64,000 bases of DNA from Pseudomonadota bacterium (GTDB taxonomy: Bacteria > Desulfobacterota > Desulfarculia > Adiutricales > JAGVGV01), in the NCBI GenBank assembly GCA_043806915.1, contig JAZDGM010000024.1, forward strand, positions 31,240 through 95,239. The letters are read 5' to 3'. The position numbers and the translations under genes are program-made. Positions 36,601 through 45,973 of the stretch are shown here, piece after piece (position 1 is the first letter of the stretch; each line of letters starts with the position of its first letter). The notes beneath the pieces were generated by a model. The model was not told the origin of the DNA and searched no databases. It saw only the letters and a program-made list of their open reading frames with translations.

Positions 36601-38136
36601 ATGAAGAAGAAACTGGTATTGTCGATTTTTCTGGTGGTCTTGCTGGGTCTTGGGGCGCCGTTCACGGTTTTCGGCGCGTCCGACGGCAGGTCCGGCGGCA
36701 TCCTCAAGGTCGGCTGCCAACCCACCAACAACCTGGACCCCCATTTTTCAGCCTCCATTTCGGACATTCTGCTGCTGGAGCAGGTTTATCACCATTTGAC
36801 CTTCATCGACGCCAAGAACCAGGCGGTCCCGGACCTGGCGGCATCCTGGGAATCGGCGGACGGCAAGACCTGGGTCTTCCACCTCAAGGACGGCGTCAAG
36901 TTCAGCGACGGCCGGCCGGTCACGTCCAAGGACGTCGTCTTCAGCTACAACCGGCTGCGGGACGCCAAGGTCGGCGCCCCCACGGTCAAGCTGTATGAAA
37001 ACGTGACCGCCATCGAGGCCGTGGCCCCCCTGACCGTCAAATTCACCCTGGCCCGGTCCAACCCCGAATTTCCGGCCGACACGGGCGACTACCACGCCTG
37101 CGTGATCCCGGACGGGACCAAGGACCCGGCCAAGGAACGCCTCGGCAGCGGCCCGTATGTGGTCGCGGCGGTGTTCCCGGAGGACCGGATCGTCCTGAAA
37201 AAGAACCCCCACTTCGCCATGAAGGACGCGGACGGAAGCGCCCTGCCCTATTTAGAGGAAATTCACCTGGTCTTTTCCCCGGACATGGGCGGACAGGTTG
37301 AGGCCCTGCGCGGCGGCGAATTGAACTTCGTCGGCGGCCTGACCACCGAATTCGCCGCGACCGTGGAAAAGGACCCCAACGCCAAGGTGCTTAAAAACGC
37401 CTCCAACATGCACTGGATGATCCACATGCGCTCCGACCAGGGGCATGTGGCGGCGGATAACCGCGTTCGCCAGGCCTTCAAGCTGGCCACCGACCATACG
37501 GCCATCATCAACGCCGTCCGGCCCGGCCTGGCCGCTCCCGGCAACGGCTTCAGCCCGGTGGGACCGGCCTACGGCGAGTACTATCTCAACCAGCCTCCGG
37601 CCACCGACATCGAGAAAGCCAAGGCCCTCCTGGCCGAGGCCGGATACGCCAAGGGCCTCAAGATCGACTTGGTCGCCCAGAACCAGTTGGACGTCATTCC
37701 CATCGCCACGGTCTGGAAGGACCAACTGGCCAAGATCGGCGTGACCGTCAACATCCAGGTCGTTCCCACGGACCTGTACTACGGTGAAGGCGAAAACAGT
37801 TGGCTTAAATGCGATTTCGGCATCACCGACTGGGGCACCAGGGCCACTCCGGTCACCTATTACAACCTGGCCTACACTTCCGACGGTCCCTGGAACGGCG
37901 CCCACTGGTCCGATCCCGAGTTCGACGCCCTGGCCCACCAGGTCGACAGCGAGATGGACCAGGCCAAGCGCGTGCAGTTGTACCACCAAACCCAAAAAAT
38001 CCTGATCGAGCGCGGTCCCGTCATCAACGCCTATTTCGAAATGGCCGTGGCCGGCGTCAGCTCCAAGCTGGAACAGGTGGAACTGGCCTCCGACTGGGCC
38101 CGCACCCGCTTCTGGAACAGCTACTTCAAAAAATAA
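36601..38136 (+). CDS. ABC transporter substrate-binding protein, family 5 (peptide/opine/nickel type)
   Basis: Signal peptide MKKKLVLSIFLVVLLGLGAPFTVFGA and family 5 N-terminal pattern (LKVGCQPTNNLDPH..., DLAASWESADGKTWVFHLKDGVKFSDG). Confidence 0.9.
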   Translation: MKKKLVLSIFLVVLLGLGAPFTVFGASDGRSGGILKVGCQPTNNLDPHFSASISDILLLEQVYHHLTFIDAKNQAVPDLAASWESADGKTWVFHLKDGVKFSDGRPVTSKDVVFSYNRLRDAKVGAPTVKLYENVTAIEAVAPLTVKFTLARSNPEFPADTGDYHACVIPDGTKDPAKERLGSGPYVVAAVFPEDRIVLKKNPHFAMKDADGSALPYLEEIHLVFSPDMGGQVEALRGGELNFVGGLTTEFAATVEKDPNAKVLKNASNMHWMIHMRSDQGHVAADNRVRQAFKLATDHTAIINAVRPGLAAPGNGFSPVGPAYGEYYLNQPPATDIEKAKALLAEAGYAKGLKIDLVAQNQLDVIPIATVWKDQLAKIGVTVNIQVVPTDLYYGEGENSWLKCDFGITDWGTRATPVTYYNLAYTSDGPWNGAHWSDPEFDALAHQVDSEMDQAKRVQLYHQTQKILIERGPVINAYFEMAVAGVSSKLEQVELASDWARTRFWNSYFKK

Positions 38137-38242
38137 TCCGTCGCGGCGCCCCGGCCCGGCAAGCGAGTCGGCCCGGGGCTTCGCCGGAAAAATTTCCAAG
38201 CTGAAACGAACCGGGCCGATATTCCCAAGGGGGTTGCCGCAC

Positions 38243-39112
38243 ATGGAGGACAATAGTCGAACTCAACACGCCGCGGGGTTCGCCCTGTACTGGAAACGGT
38301 TTTTAAAAAACCCGTTTTCAGTGGCCGGAACGGCGATCTTCCTCTTCTTCCTGCTCATGGCGGGCGTCGGCCCCGCGGTCGCCCCCCACGGGTTCCAGGA
38401 ACAAAACATTTCCGAGCGCCTCCGCCCCCCCGGCGCCGCTCATCTCTTCGGGACCGATCAATACGGACGGGATATTTTCAGCCGCATCCTGACCGGGTCC
38501 CGGGGCATTTTCATCCTGGGCGGGTCGGGGACCATCCTGGCGGCCCTGCTCGGGACCGCCATCGGACTCTTTTCCGGGTTTTACGGCGGACTCATCGACG
38601 AGACGATCATGCGGGCCCTGGACATTTTGCTGGCCTTCCCGCCCCTGCTCCTGGCCCTGGTGCTCCTGGCTTCTTCCGGCCCCTCCCTGGTCAACCTGGT
38701 GGCGGTGGTGACCATTCTCTACACGCCCATGCTGGCCCGGGTCGTGCGCGGCCTGACCCTCGACCTGAAAACCAAGGAATTCATCGAGGCGGCCAAGACC
38801 AGGGGCGAATCGAAGTTCTATATTCTATTCAGGGAAATCCTGCCCAACGCCCTGGCCCCGCTCTTCGTCGAAATGTCCATGCGGTTTTCCTACGCCATTT
38901 TCCTGGTCGCTTCCCTGGGCTTTCTGGGCCTGGGCCAGCAACCCCCGTCCCCCGACTGGGGCTTGCAAATTAACGAGGCCCGCCCCTACTTTTCCACCGC
39001 GCCCTGGATGCTGCTTTTTCCGGCGGCGGCCATCTCGGTCCTGGTGGTGTCCACCAACCTGATGAGCGACGGACTACGGCAAGTCCTGCAGCCGACCGCG
39101 GACCGGAGGTGA
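38243..39112 (+). CDS. ABC transporter permease (DppC/OppC-like)
   Basis: Six-TM binding-protein-dependent permease with EAA-like loop (EFIEAAKTRGESKFYILFREILPNALAP). Confidence 0.85.
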   Translation: MEDNSRTQHAAGFALYWKRFLKNPFSVAGTAIFLFFLLMAGVGPAVAPHGFQEQNISERLRPPGAAHLFGTDQYGRDIFSRILTGSRGIFILGGSGTILAALLGTAIGLFSGFYGGLIDETIMRALDILLAFPPLLLALVLLASSGPSLVNLVAVVTILYTPMLARVVRGLTLDLKTKEFIEAAKTRGESKFYILFREILPNALAPLFVEMSMRFSYAIFLVASLGFLGLGQQPPSPDWGLQINEARPYFSTAPWMLLFPAAAISVLVVSTNLMSDGLRQVLQPTADRR

Positions 39113-39114
39113 TT

Positions 39115-41196
39115 ATGGGTTCGGAAGCCGTCCCCACCCTCGACATCGAAAACCTGACCATTGCCTACGAAACGGAAACCGGGACCCTTCTCGCCGTCCG
39201 AAACGCCACGGTCGGCATCCGGAAAGGCGAAAGCTTCGGGCTGGTGGGCGAGTCCGGCTCGGGCAAGACCACCCTGGCCCTGGGCGCCATCCGCTACCTG
39301 CCGGCCAACGGCCGCATCGCCGGCGGACGGGTCCGCTTGCAAGGGCAGAGCCTGACCGATACGCCCTGGCGCGACCTGTTCAACATCTGGGGCAAACGCA
39401 TCGGCATGGTCTACCAAAACCCGGGCGGCGCCCTGAACCCGAGCCTGACCATCGGGCGGCAGATATCCGAGGCCGCGGTTATCCACCAGGGCCTGACCAA
39501 GAAGGAAGGCCTGGCCAAGGCCGTGGAGATGCTCGGCAAGGTGGCCATGCCCAACCCCGCGACCGTGATCAACCTTTATCCCCACCAGTTGTCCGGCGGA
39601 ATGTTGCAGCGCTGCATCATCGCCATGGGCCTGATCAACGACCCCGAACTATTGATCATGGACGAACCCACCACCGCCCTGGACGTCACCACCCAGGCCC
39701 TGGTGCTGGACCTGGTCTCGGACCTCAAAAAACAGTTCGACTCGTCCATTCTCTACATTACCCACGACTTGGCCGTGGTGGCCAAAATCTGCGACCGCAT
39801 CGGCGTCATGTACGCCGGCGAAATGGTGGAAATCGGTCCCAAGCGGGAAATGTTCTTCCATTCGCGCCATCCCTACACCATGAGCCTGTTGGGGTGCATA
39901 CCGCATTTCGACCCCCGGAGCCGCAAGCGCTCCCTGGTCAGCATCCCCGGCCGGATTCCCCGGCTCACCCGGTTGCCCGACGGCTGCATCTTTTCTCCCC
40001 GGTGCTTTTTCGTCCAGGATAGGTGCCGACTGGAGCGTCCGCCGTTCCGGGAAATAGCTCCCGGCCATTTTTCAGCCTGTTTCCACTGGGACGTCCTGCC
40101 GCGACGCGTCGAGGACGTGGCCGGAAGCATCTCGTACCCCCGGCCGGAACAGGCCGCGGTCCTGTTGAAGGCCGATAGGGTGCATAAGGAATTCGACGCC
40201 GTGGAAACCTTTTTCAGCCTGAAGGGAAAAAGCGGAAAAAAGGTCAAGGCGGTCAACGACGTCTCCCTGGAAATACCCGAGGGATACACCCTGGGCATCG
40301 TGGGTGAAAGCGGCTGCGGCAAGACCACCTTCATGAGGACCATCATCGGGCTGCAAGCCCCGACCTCCGGTCAAAACAGCCTGCGCGGGCTGCCCCTGGC
40401 GCCGGAAACGTCCCAACGCCCCCGGGACGTTCTGCGCAAAATACAGATGGTTTTCCAGAACCCCGACGCGTCCCTGAACCCGCGGCACACCCTGGCCCAG
40501 GCCATCGGCCGCCCCATGGTCCTGTTCAACCCCCAAATGGACCGTTCGACCGCCGCTAGAAAGACCCTGGAATTGCTGGAAGCGGTCAACCTTCCGGCCC
40601 ACTACGCCGAGAGGCTGCCCGGGGAGCTCAGCGGCGGGGAAAAACAGCGGGCCGCCATCGCCCGGGCGTTCGCCGCGGACCCGGAACTGGTCCTGCTCGA
40701 CGAACCGCTCTCCGCCCTGGACGTGTCGGTCCAGGCATCCCTGGTCAACCTCCTGTTCGAGCTGCAAGCCCGAAACCGGGCGACCTATCTGTTCATCTCC
40801 CACGACCTGGCGGCGGTCCATCACCTGGCGGACCTGATCGCGGTGATGTACCTGGGCCGGGTCATGGAAGTCGGGGAAGCGGACGACGTCTTCGCGCCTC
40901 CGTTTCATCCGTACACCGAGGCCCTGCTCTCGGCCATTCCGGTGGCCAATCCGGATATCCGGCAGGAAAACATCCGGCTTCATGGTTCGGTCCCCAATCC
41001 CGTGGACCTGCCCTCGGGCTGCGTCTTTCATACCCGCTGCCCCCGAAAAATCGGGCCGATCTGCGAAACCGAGACGCCGCCCTGGCGCGGCGGTAAAAAA
41101 CAGAGCCGGGTCTGGTGCCACTTCGACCTGGACGCCCTGGCCGCCGTGCAGGCCCAAGCCATCCGGTCAGCGGAACAAAACGGGGTGACGGCATGA
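39115..41196 (+). CDS. Fused double ATP-binding protein of ABC transporter (DppD-DppF-like)
   Basis: Two complete cassettes: GESGSGKTT / LSGGMLQR / LIMDEPTTALD and GESGCGKTT / LSGGEKQR / VLLDEPLSALD. A GTG at 39109 is an alternative start. Confidence 0.9.
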   Translation: MGSEAVPTLDIENLTIAYETETGTLLAVRNATVGIRKGESFGLVGESGSGKTTLALGAIRYLPANGRIAGGRVRLQGQSLTDTPWRDLFNIWGKRIGMVYQNPGGALNPSLTIGRQISEAAVIHQGLTKKEGLAKAVEMLGKVAMPNPATVINLYPHQLSGGMLQRCIIAMGLINDPELLIMDEPTTALDVTTQALVLDLVSDLKKQFDSSILYITHDLAVVAKICDRIGVMYAGEMVEIGPKREMFFHSRHPYTMSLLGCIPHFDPRSRKRSLVSIPGRIPRLTRLPDGCIFSPRCFFVQDRCRLERPPFREIAPGHFSACFHWDVLPRRVEDVAGSISYPRPEQAAVLLKADRVHKEFDAVETFFSLKGKSGKKVKAVNDVSLEIPEGYTLGIVGESGCGKTTFMRTIIGLQAPTSGQNSLRGLPLAPETSQRPRDVLRKIQMVFQNPDASLNPRHTLAQAIGRPMVLFNPQMDRSTAARKTLELLEAVNLPAHYAERLPGELSGGEKQRAAIARAFAADPELVLLDEPLSALDVSVQASLVNLLFELQARNRATYLFISHDLAAVHHLADLIAVMYLGRVMEVGEADDVFAPPFHPYTEALLSAIPVANPDIRQENIRLHGSVPNPVDLPSGCVFHTRCPRKIGPICETETPPWRGGKKQSRVWCHFDLDALAAVQAQAIRSAEQNGVTA

Positions 41197-42137
41197 TACG
41201 CTTCCTCATTCGCCGCCTGGGCTTTGTCGCGATCACCATTATCGCTTCCTCGGCCTTGATCTTCCTCGCCACCCAGGTGATGCCCGGGGACGTGGCCCGC
41301 ATGATCCTCGGGCGGTTCGCCACCGACGAGGCCCTCCACGCCCTGCGGGAACAGTTGGGGCTCAACCGGCCCTTGCTCGTCCAGTATTTTTCGTGGCTGT
41401 TCGATTTCGTCCGGGGCGACTGGGGCGTGTCCTTGAGCACCAACAGCCCGGTCATGGAACTGGTCTTTGGCCGGTTGCATAATTCGGCCTGGCTGGCGGG
41501 AGTGGCCTTTGTGCTGTACGTCCCTTTAGGCATTCTGCTGGGGCTCTGGGCCGCCTTGCGCCGCAACACCATCACGGACCAAATCATTTCCATCGGGTCC
41601 CTGTCTTTTATCGGGCTTCCGGAATTCGTCACCGGAGTAATCCTGATCTCGGTTTTCGCCATTAAACTCAAATGGCTCCCGGCCAGCTCGGCCATCATGC
41701 CGGACGCCGGGTTCATGCAGGCCCTGCCGCGCCTGATCCTGCCCGGAGTGTCCACCGCCCTGGTCAGCCTGGCCTATGTCACCCGGATGACCCGGTCGAG
41801 CACCATCGATGTTCTGCACACCGATTACGTGCGCACCGCCTATCTCAAGGGGCTCCGGCCGCGCCGGGTGTTGTTCGGGCACGTCCTTCGAAACGCCCTG
41901 CTGCCCACCATTACCGTGGTGGCCATCGGCGTGGGCTGGCTCATCGGCGGCCTGATCGTGACGGAATCGCTTTTCAGCTACCCCGGGCTGGGCCGCCTGC
42001 TGCTTTTCGCCATCCAGCGCCAGGACCTGCCCCTGATCCAGGCCACGACCCTGCTGTTGGTGCTGATATTCAGCGTGTCCAATCTGGTCGCCGATATTCT
42101 GTACGCCTATCTGAACCCCCGCATCCGCTATGATTGA
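41193..42137 (+). CDS. ABC transporter permease (DppB/OppB-like)
   Basis: MIRFLIRRLGFVAITIIASSALIFL N-terminus typical of DppB-type permeases. ATGA overlap with the ATPase gene. Confidence 0.9.
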   Translation: MIRFLIRRLGFVAITIIASSALIFLATQVMPGDVARMILGRFATDEALHALREQLGLNRPLLVQYFSWLFDFVRGDWGVSLSTNSPVMELVFGRLHNSAWLAGVAFVLYVPLGILLGLWAALRRNTITDQIISIGSLSFIGLPEFVTGVILISVFAIKLKWLPASSAIMPDAGFMQALPRLILPGVSTALVSLAYVTRMTRSSTIDVLHTDYVRTAYLKGLRPRRVLFGHVLRNALLPTITVVAIGVGWLIGGLIVTESLFSYPGLGRLLLFAIQRQDLPLIQATTLLLVLIFSVSNLVADILYAYLNPRIRYD

Positions 42138-42239
42138 CGGGCGGGACGGGGGGATTTGGCAATGACCTGGACGCGAGTCGGCTTCGCCCGCGCGTCCGAA
42201 TCGGCGACGGCGGGGGCCGTCGCTCGCGAGGTATAAAAA

Positions 42240-44273
42240 ATGCTGAACAACAATCAAATCCTTGAGGCCATGGCTATCAGGCTCGACGAGGTCCCCCGGT
42301 CGACCCCGACCTTCGTCCCCGGGGTCAGGCGGGCGCCCGACCGGGGGTTTCGCCTCACCCCGGCCCAGGCCGCCGCGGCCCTGAAAAACGCCCTGCGCTA
42401 TATTCCGCCGGAGCGCCACGCCGAATTGCTCCCCGAATTTGTGAACGAGCTTAAAACCAGGGGCCGCATTTACGGTTATCGCTTTCGGCCGGAAGGACGC
42501 CTGTGGGCCAAACCCGTCCAGGAATACCAGGGCAAATGCCTGGCCGGACGGGCTTTCCAGGTGATGATCGACAACAACCTGGATTTCGAGGTCGCCCTTT
42601 ATCCCTACGAGCTGGTCACCTACGGCGAAACAGGGGCGGTCTGCCAGAACTGGATGCAGTACCGCCTCATCAAAAAATACCTGGAAGCCTTGACCGAGGA
42701 CCAGACCCTGGTGGTTCAGTCCGGCCATCCCCTGGGGCTTTTCCGTTCCGCTCCGGACAACCCCCGGGTGGTCATCACCAACGGGTTGCTGGTGGGGTTG
42801 TACGACAACCCGGCGGATTGGGAAGTGGCGGTCCAGATGGGGGTTTCCTCCTACGGCCAGATGACCGCGGGCGGCTGGATGTACATCGGTCCCCAGGGCA
42901 TTGTTCACGGGACCTACAACACGCTTCTGAGCGCCGGCAGGAAAATGTGCGGCGTGGCCCCGGAATCAAACCTGGCCGGGCTCCTGTTCGTCTCCTCCGG
43001 GCTCGGCGGCATGAGCGGCGCCCAACCCAAGGCCGCTAAAATTTCCGGCGCGGTCTCCCTCACCGCCGAGGTGGACCCTTCCCGGATCGAGACCCGCCGC
43101 CGGCAGGGCTGGGTGGACCTGGTTTCCAGCGACCTGGACCAGGTCATGATCGCCGCGGACCGGGCCCGGGCGCAAAAGCAGGCCCTGTCCATCGCCTACC
43201 ACGGCAACGTGGTGGACCTGCTCGAATACCTCGACGCCCATGACGCGAGGGTCGATCTGCTCTCGGACCAGACATCCTGCCATGTGGTTTATGACGGCGG
43301 GTATTGCCCCCAGGGCCTGACCTTCGAGGAACGAACGGACATGCTGGCCCGCGACCGGGCCGGTTTCCGCGCCCTGGTGGATAAAAGTCTCCGCCGCCAC
43401 TTCCAGCTCATTAAATCCCTGTCCGCCAAGGGCGCCTATTTCTTCGATTACGGCAACGCCTTTTTAAAGGCCGTCTTCGATTCCGGCGTCCGGGAAGCCT
43501 CGAAAAACGGCGTGGACGATAAGGACGGCTTCGTCTTCCCCTCCTACTTCGAGGACCTCATGGGTCCCATCTTCGACTACGGTTACGGCCCGTTCCGCTG
43601 GGTCTGCCTGAGCGGCAGTCCCGAGGACCTAGCCAAAACCGACCGGGCCGCCATGAGCTGCATCGACCCGAACCGCCGCCCCGAGGACCGGGACAACTAC
43701 AACTGGATTCGCGACGCCGGCGAAAACAAGCTCGTGGTGGGCAGCCAGGCCCGCATTCTGTACCAGGACGCCGGGGGGCGGGTCAACATCGCCCTCAAGT
43801 TCAACGAATTGGTCCGGCGGGGAGAAATAGGGCCGGTCATGCTCGGCCGGGACCACCACGACCCGGGCGGGACGGATTCGCCCTTCCGTGAAACAGCCAA
43901 CATCAAGGACGGCAGCAACGTCTGCGCCGACATGGCGGTTCATGGCTTCGCCGGCAACGCGGCCCGGGGCATGTCCCTGGTCGCCCTGCACAACGGCGGC
44001 GGCACCGGCATCGGCAAGGCCGTCAACGGCGGCTTCGGCTTGGTCCTGGACGGCAGCCGACGGGTCGACGACATCATCGGGTCGGCCATGTCCTGGGACG
44101 TCATGGGCGGCGTGGCCCGTCGCAACTGGGCCCGCAACCCCAACGCCATGGAAGTGGCCGCGGCGTACAACCGGGAAAATTCCAACGGCGACCAGATCAC
44201 CATCCCCTTCCTGACCGAGGAAGGCTTGGTCGAACAGGCCGCGGCCGCGTTGTTCACCACGGACAAACAATAA
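42240..44273 (+). CDS. hutU: Urocanate hydratase family, long (about 677 aa) form
   Basis: MTAGGWMYIGPQGIVHGTYNTL and SSGLGGMSGAQPKA (NAD site) motifs. The length resembles the long, eukaryote-like urocanase class. Confidence 0.88.
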   Translation: MLNNNQILEAMAIRLDEVPRSTPTFVPGVRRAPDRGFRLTPAQAAAALKNALRYIPPERHAELLPEFVNELKTRGRIYGYRFRPEGRLWAKPVQEYQGKCLAGRAFQVMIDNNLDFEVALYPYELVTYGETGAVCQNWMQYRLIKKYLEALTEDQTLVVQSGHPLGLFRSAPDNPRVVITNGLLVGLYDNPADWEVAVQMGVSSYGQMTAGGWMYIGPQGIVHGTYNTLLSAGRKMCGVAPESNLAGLLFVSSGLGGMSGAQPKAAKISGAVSLTAEVDPSRIETRRRQGWVDLVSSDLDQVMIAADRARAQKQALSIAYHGNVVDLLEYLDAHDARVDLLSDQTSCHVVYDGGYCPQGLTFEERTDMLARDRAGFRALVDKSLRRHFQLIKSLSAKGAYFFDYGNAFLKAVFDSGVREASKNGVDDKDGFVFPSYFEDLMGPIFDYGYGPFRWVCLSGSPEDLAKTDRAAMSCIDPNRRPEDRDNYNWIRDAGENKLVVGSQARILYQDAGGRVNIALKFNELVRRGEIGPVMLGRDHHDPGGTDSPFRETANIKDGSNVCADMAVHGFAGNAARGMSLVALHNGGGTGIGKAVNGGFGLVLDGSRRVDDIIGSAMSWDVMGGVARRNWARNPNAMEVAAAYNRENSNGDQITIPFLTEEGLVEQAAAALFTTDKQ

Positions 44274-44355
44274 GGGCGAGGCGCAAGGCCCTTGCCCGGC
44301 GGTCCCGGCCCGGCGCTTCCCCGACCGGATCGGGACCGCGACCCAGGATAGACAG

Positions 44356-45966
44356 ATGAAAAAAATAGTCGAATGCGTCCCCAACTTTTCCGAGGGCCGC
44401 GCTCCCGAAATAATCGAAGCCCTGGCCGCGGCCATTCGCCAAACCCCGGGCTGCCGGCTGCTGGACGTGGACCCCGGCAAGTCCACCAACCGGACCGTCT
44501 ACACCTTTGTCGGAGACCCGGAAGCCGTGGTGGAAGGCGCCCTGGCCGCCGCCCGGGTGGCCCGGGAAAAAATCGACATGAGGCGTCACACCGGCGAACA
44601 CCCCCGCTTCGGCGCCCTCGACGTCTGCCCCTTTGTCCCCGTTTCCGGGGTCGACATGGCCGAGTGCGTGGCCATCTCGAAGGAATTCGCCCGCCGCGCC
44701 GCCGAGGAACTGGGGGTCCCCATCTTTCTGTACGAGGAAGCGGCGCCGGCCGAATATCGTAAAAAGCTGCCCGATATTCGCCGGGGGGAATACGAGGGCC
44801 TGGCTCAAAAATTGACCGACCCCCGCTGGAAGCCCGACTTCGGACCGGCCGAATTCATCCCCTCCTGGGGGGCCTCGGCCGTCGGAGCCCGCATGTTCCT
44901 TATCGCCTACAACGTCAACATCCTCGGCGCGCCCAACCAGGCCCACCGGATCGCCTTGAACCTGCGGGAAGCCGGGCGCGGGGACGACCAGCCCGGCCGG
45001 CTTAGGGAAGTCAAGGGCATGGGGTGGTTCGTCGCCGAATATAACCTGGCCCAGGTGACCGTCAACTTGACCGATTTCCGGGTCACCCCCCTTCACGTTT
45101 TGTTCGAGGAAGTGAAAAGGGAAGCCGCGGCCCTGGGCGTCGGCGTGGCCGGGTCCGAAATCGTGGGGGTCGTCCCCCTGGAAGCCATTCTGGCCGCCGC
45201 CGATTATTATATCGAACACGAAAACCTGTTTATCTACCAGGAAGACCAGAAGGCGCGGCTGGCCGTGGAGCGGCTGGGCCTAAGCTCCGCCAATTTCTTC
45301 AATCCCCGGGAAAAAATCATCGAATACATCGTGGCCGAGCCTCCCGACGAACCCTTGGCCGGCCCGACCCTGCGCGGCTTTATCGAGGAAGTCGCTTCCC
45401 GGTCGTCCGCGCCGGGCGGCGGGTCCGTCTCCGCCGCGGCCGCGGCCCTGGGCGTGGGCTTGGGGTCCATGGTCGCCAAGCTCACCCAGGGCGTGCGCAA
45501 GTTCGAGTCGGCTGAACCCGCCTTGCGACGGGCCATACCCGTTCTGCACGACCTGACCCGGAAACTGATCCCCATGATCGACGCGGATACGACCGCCTTC
45601 AACGAATATATGGCCGGCTTGCGGGCCCCCCGGGACACGCGGGAACAGCGGGAAGCCCGGGCCGCCCAAATGGAAGCCGGGTTGAAAACGGCGGTGGAAG
45701 TTCCCCTGAAAACCATGCGGCTCGGCGACCAGGCCTGGGAAGCGCTCCTGGAAGTCGCCCGATGCGGCAACCCCGCCTCCAAATCCGATGTCCAGGTCGG
45801 CGCCAGGATGCTGGAAACCGGCGTCTGGGGCGCCTACCAGAACGTCTTGATCAATATCACGGGCGTCCAAGACCGGGATTTCAGGGAAACCGTGTTGAAG
45901 GAAGCGGAAGCGATCGCGAACCGGGCGCGGGAAAAATGCGCCTCGGTCCTGGATATTCTGAAATAA
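44356..45966 (+). CDS. ftcD: Bifunctional glutamate formimidoyltransferase / formimidoyl-THF cyclodeaminase
   Basis: N-terminal MKKIVECVPNFSEGR (formiminotransferase) and a C-terminal cyclodeaminase segment SSAPGGGSVSAAAAALGVGLGSMVAKLT. Confidence 0.9.
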   Translation: MKKIVECVPNFSEGRAPEIIEALAAAIRQTPGCRLLDVDPGKSTNRTVYTFVGDPEAVVEGALAAARVAREKIDMRRHTGEHPRFGALDVCPFVPVSGVDMAECVAISKEFARRAAEELGVPIFLYEEAAPAEYRKKLPDIRRGEYEGLAQKLTDPRWKPDFGPAEFIPSWGASAVGARMFLIAYNVNILGAPNQAHRIALNLREAGRGDDQPGRLREVKGMGWFVAEYNLAQVTVNLTDFRVTPLHVLFEEVKREAAALGVGVAGSEIVGVVPLEAILAAADYYIEHENLFIYQEDQKARLAVERLGLSSANFFNPREKIIEYIVAEPPDEPLAGPTLRGFIEEVASRSSAPGGGSVSAAAAALGVGLGSMVAKLTQGVRKFESAEPALRRAIPVLHDLTRKLIPMIDADTTAFNEYMAGLRAPRDTREQREARAAQMEAGLKTAVEVPLKTMRLGDQAWEALLEVARCGNPASKSDVQVGARMLETGVWGAYQNVLINITGVQDRDFRETVLKEAEAIANRAREKCASVLDILK

Positions 45967-45973
45967 CCGCCGG

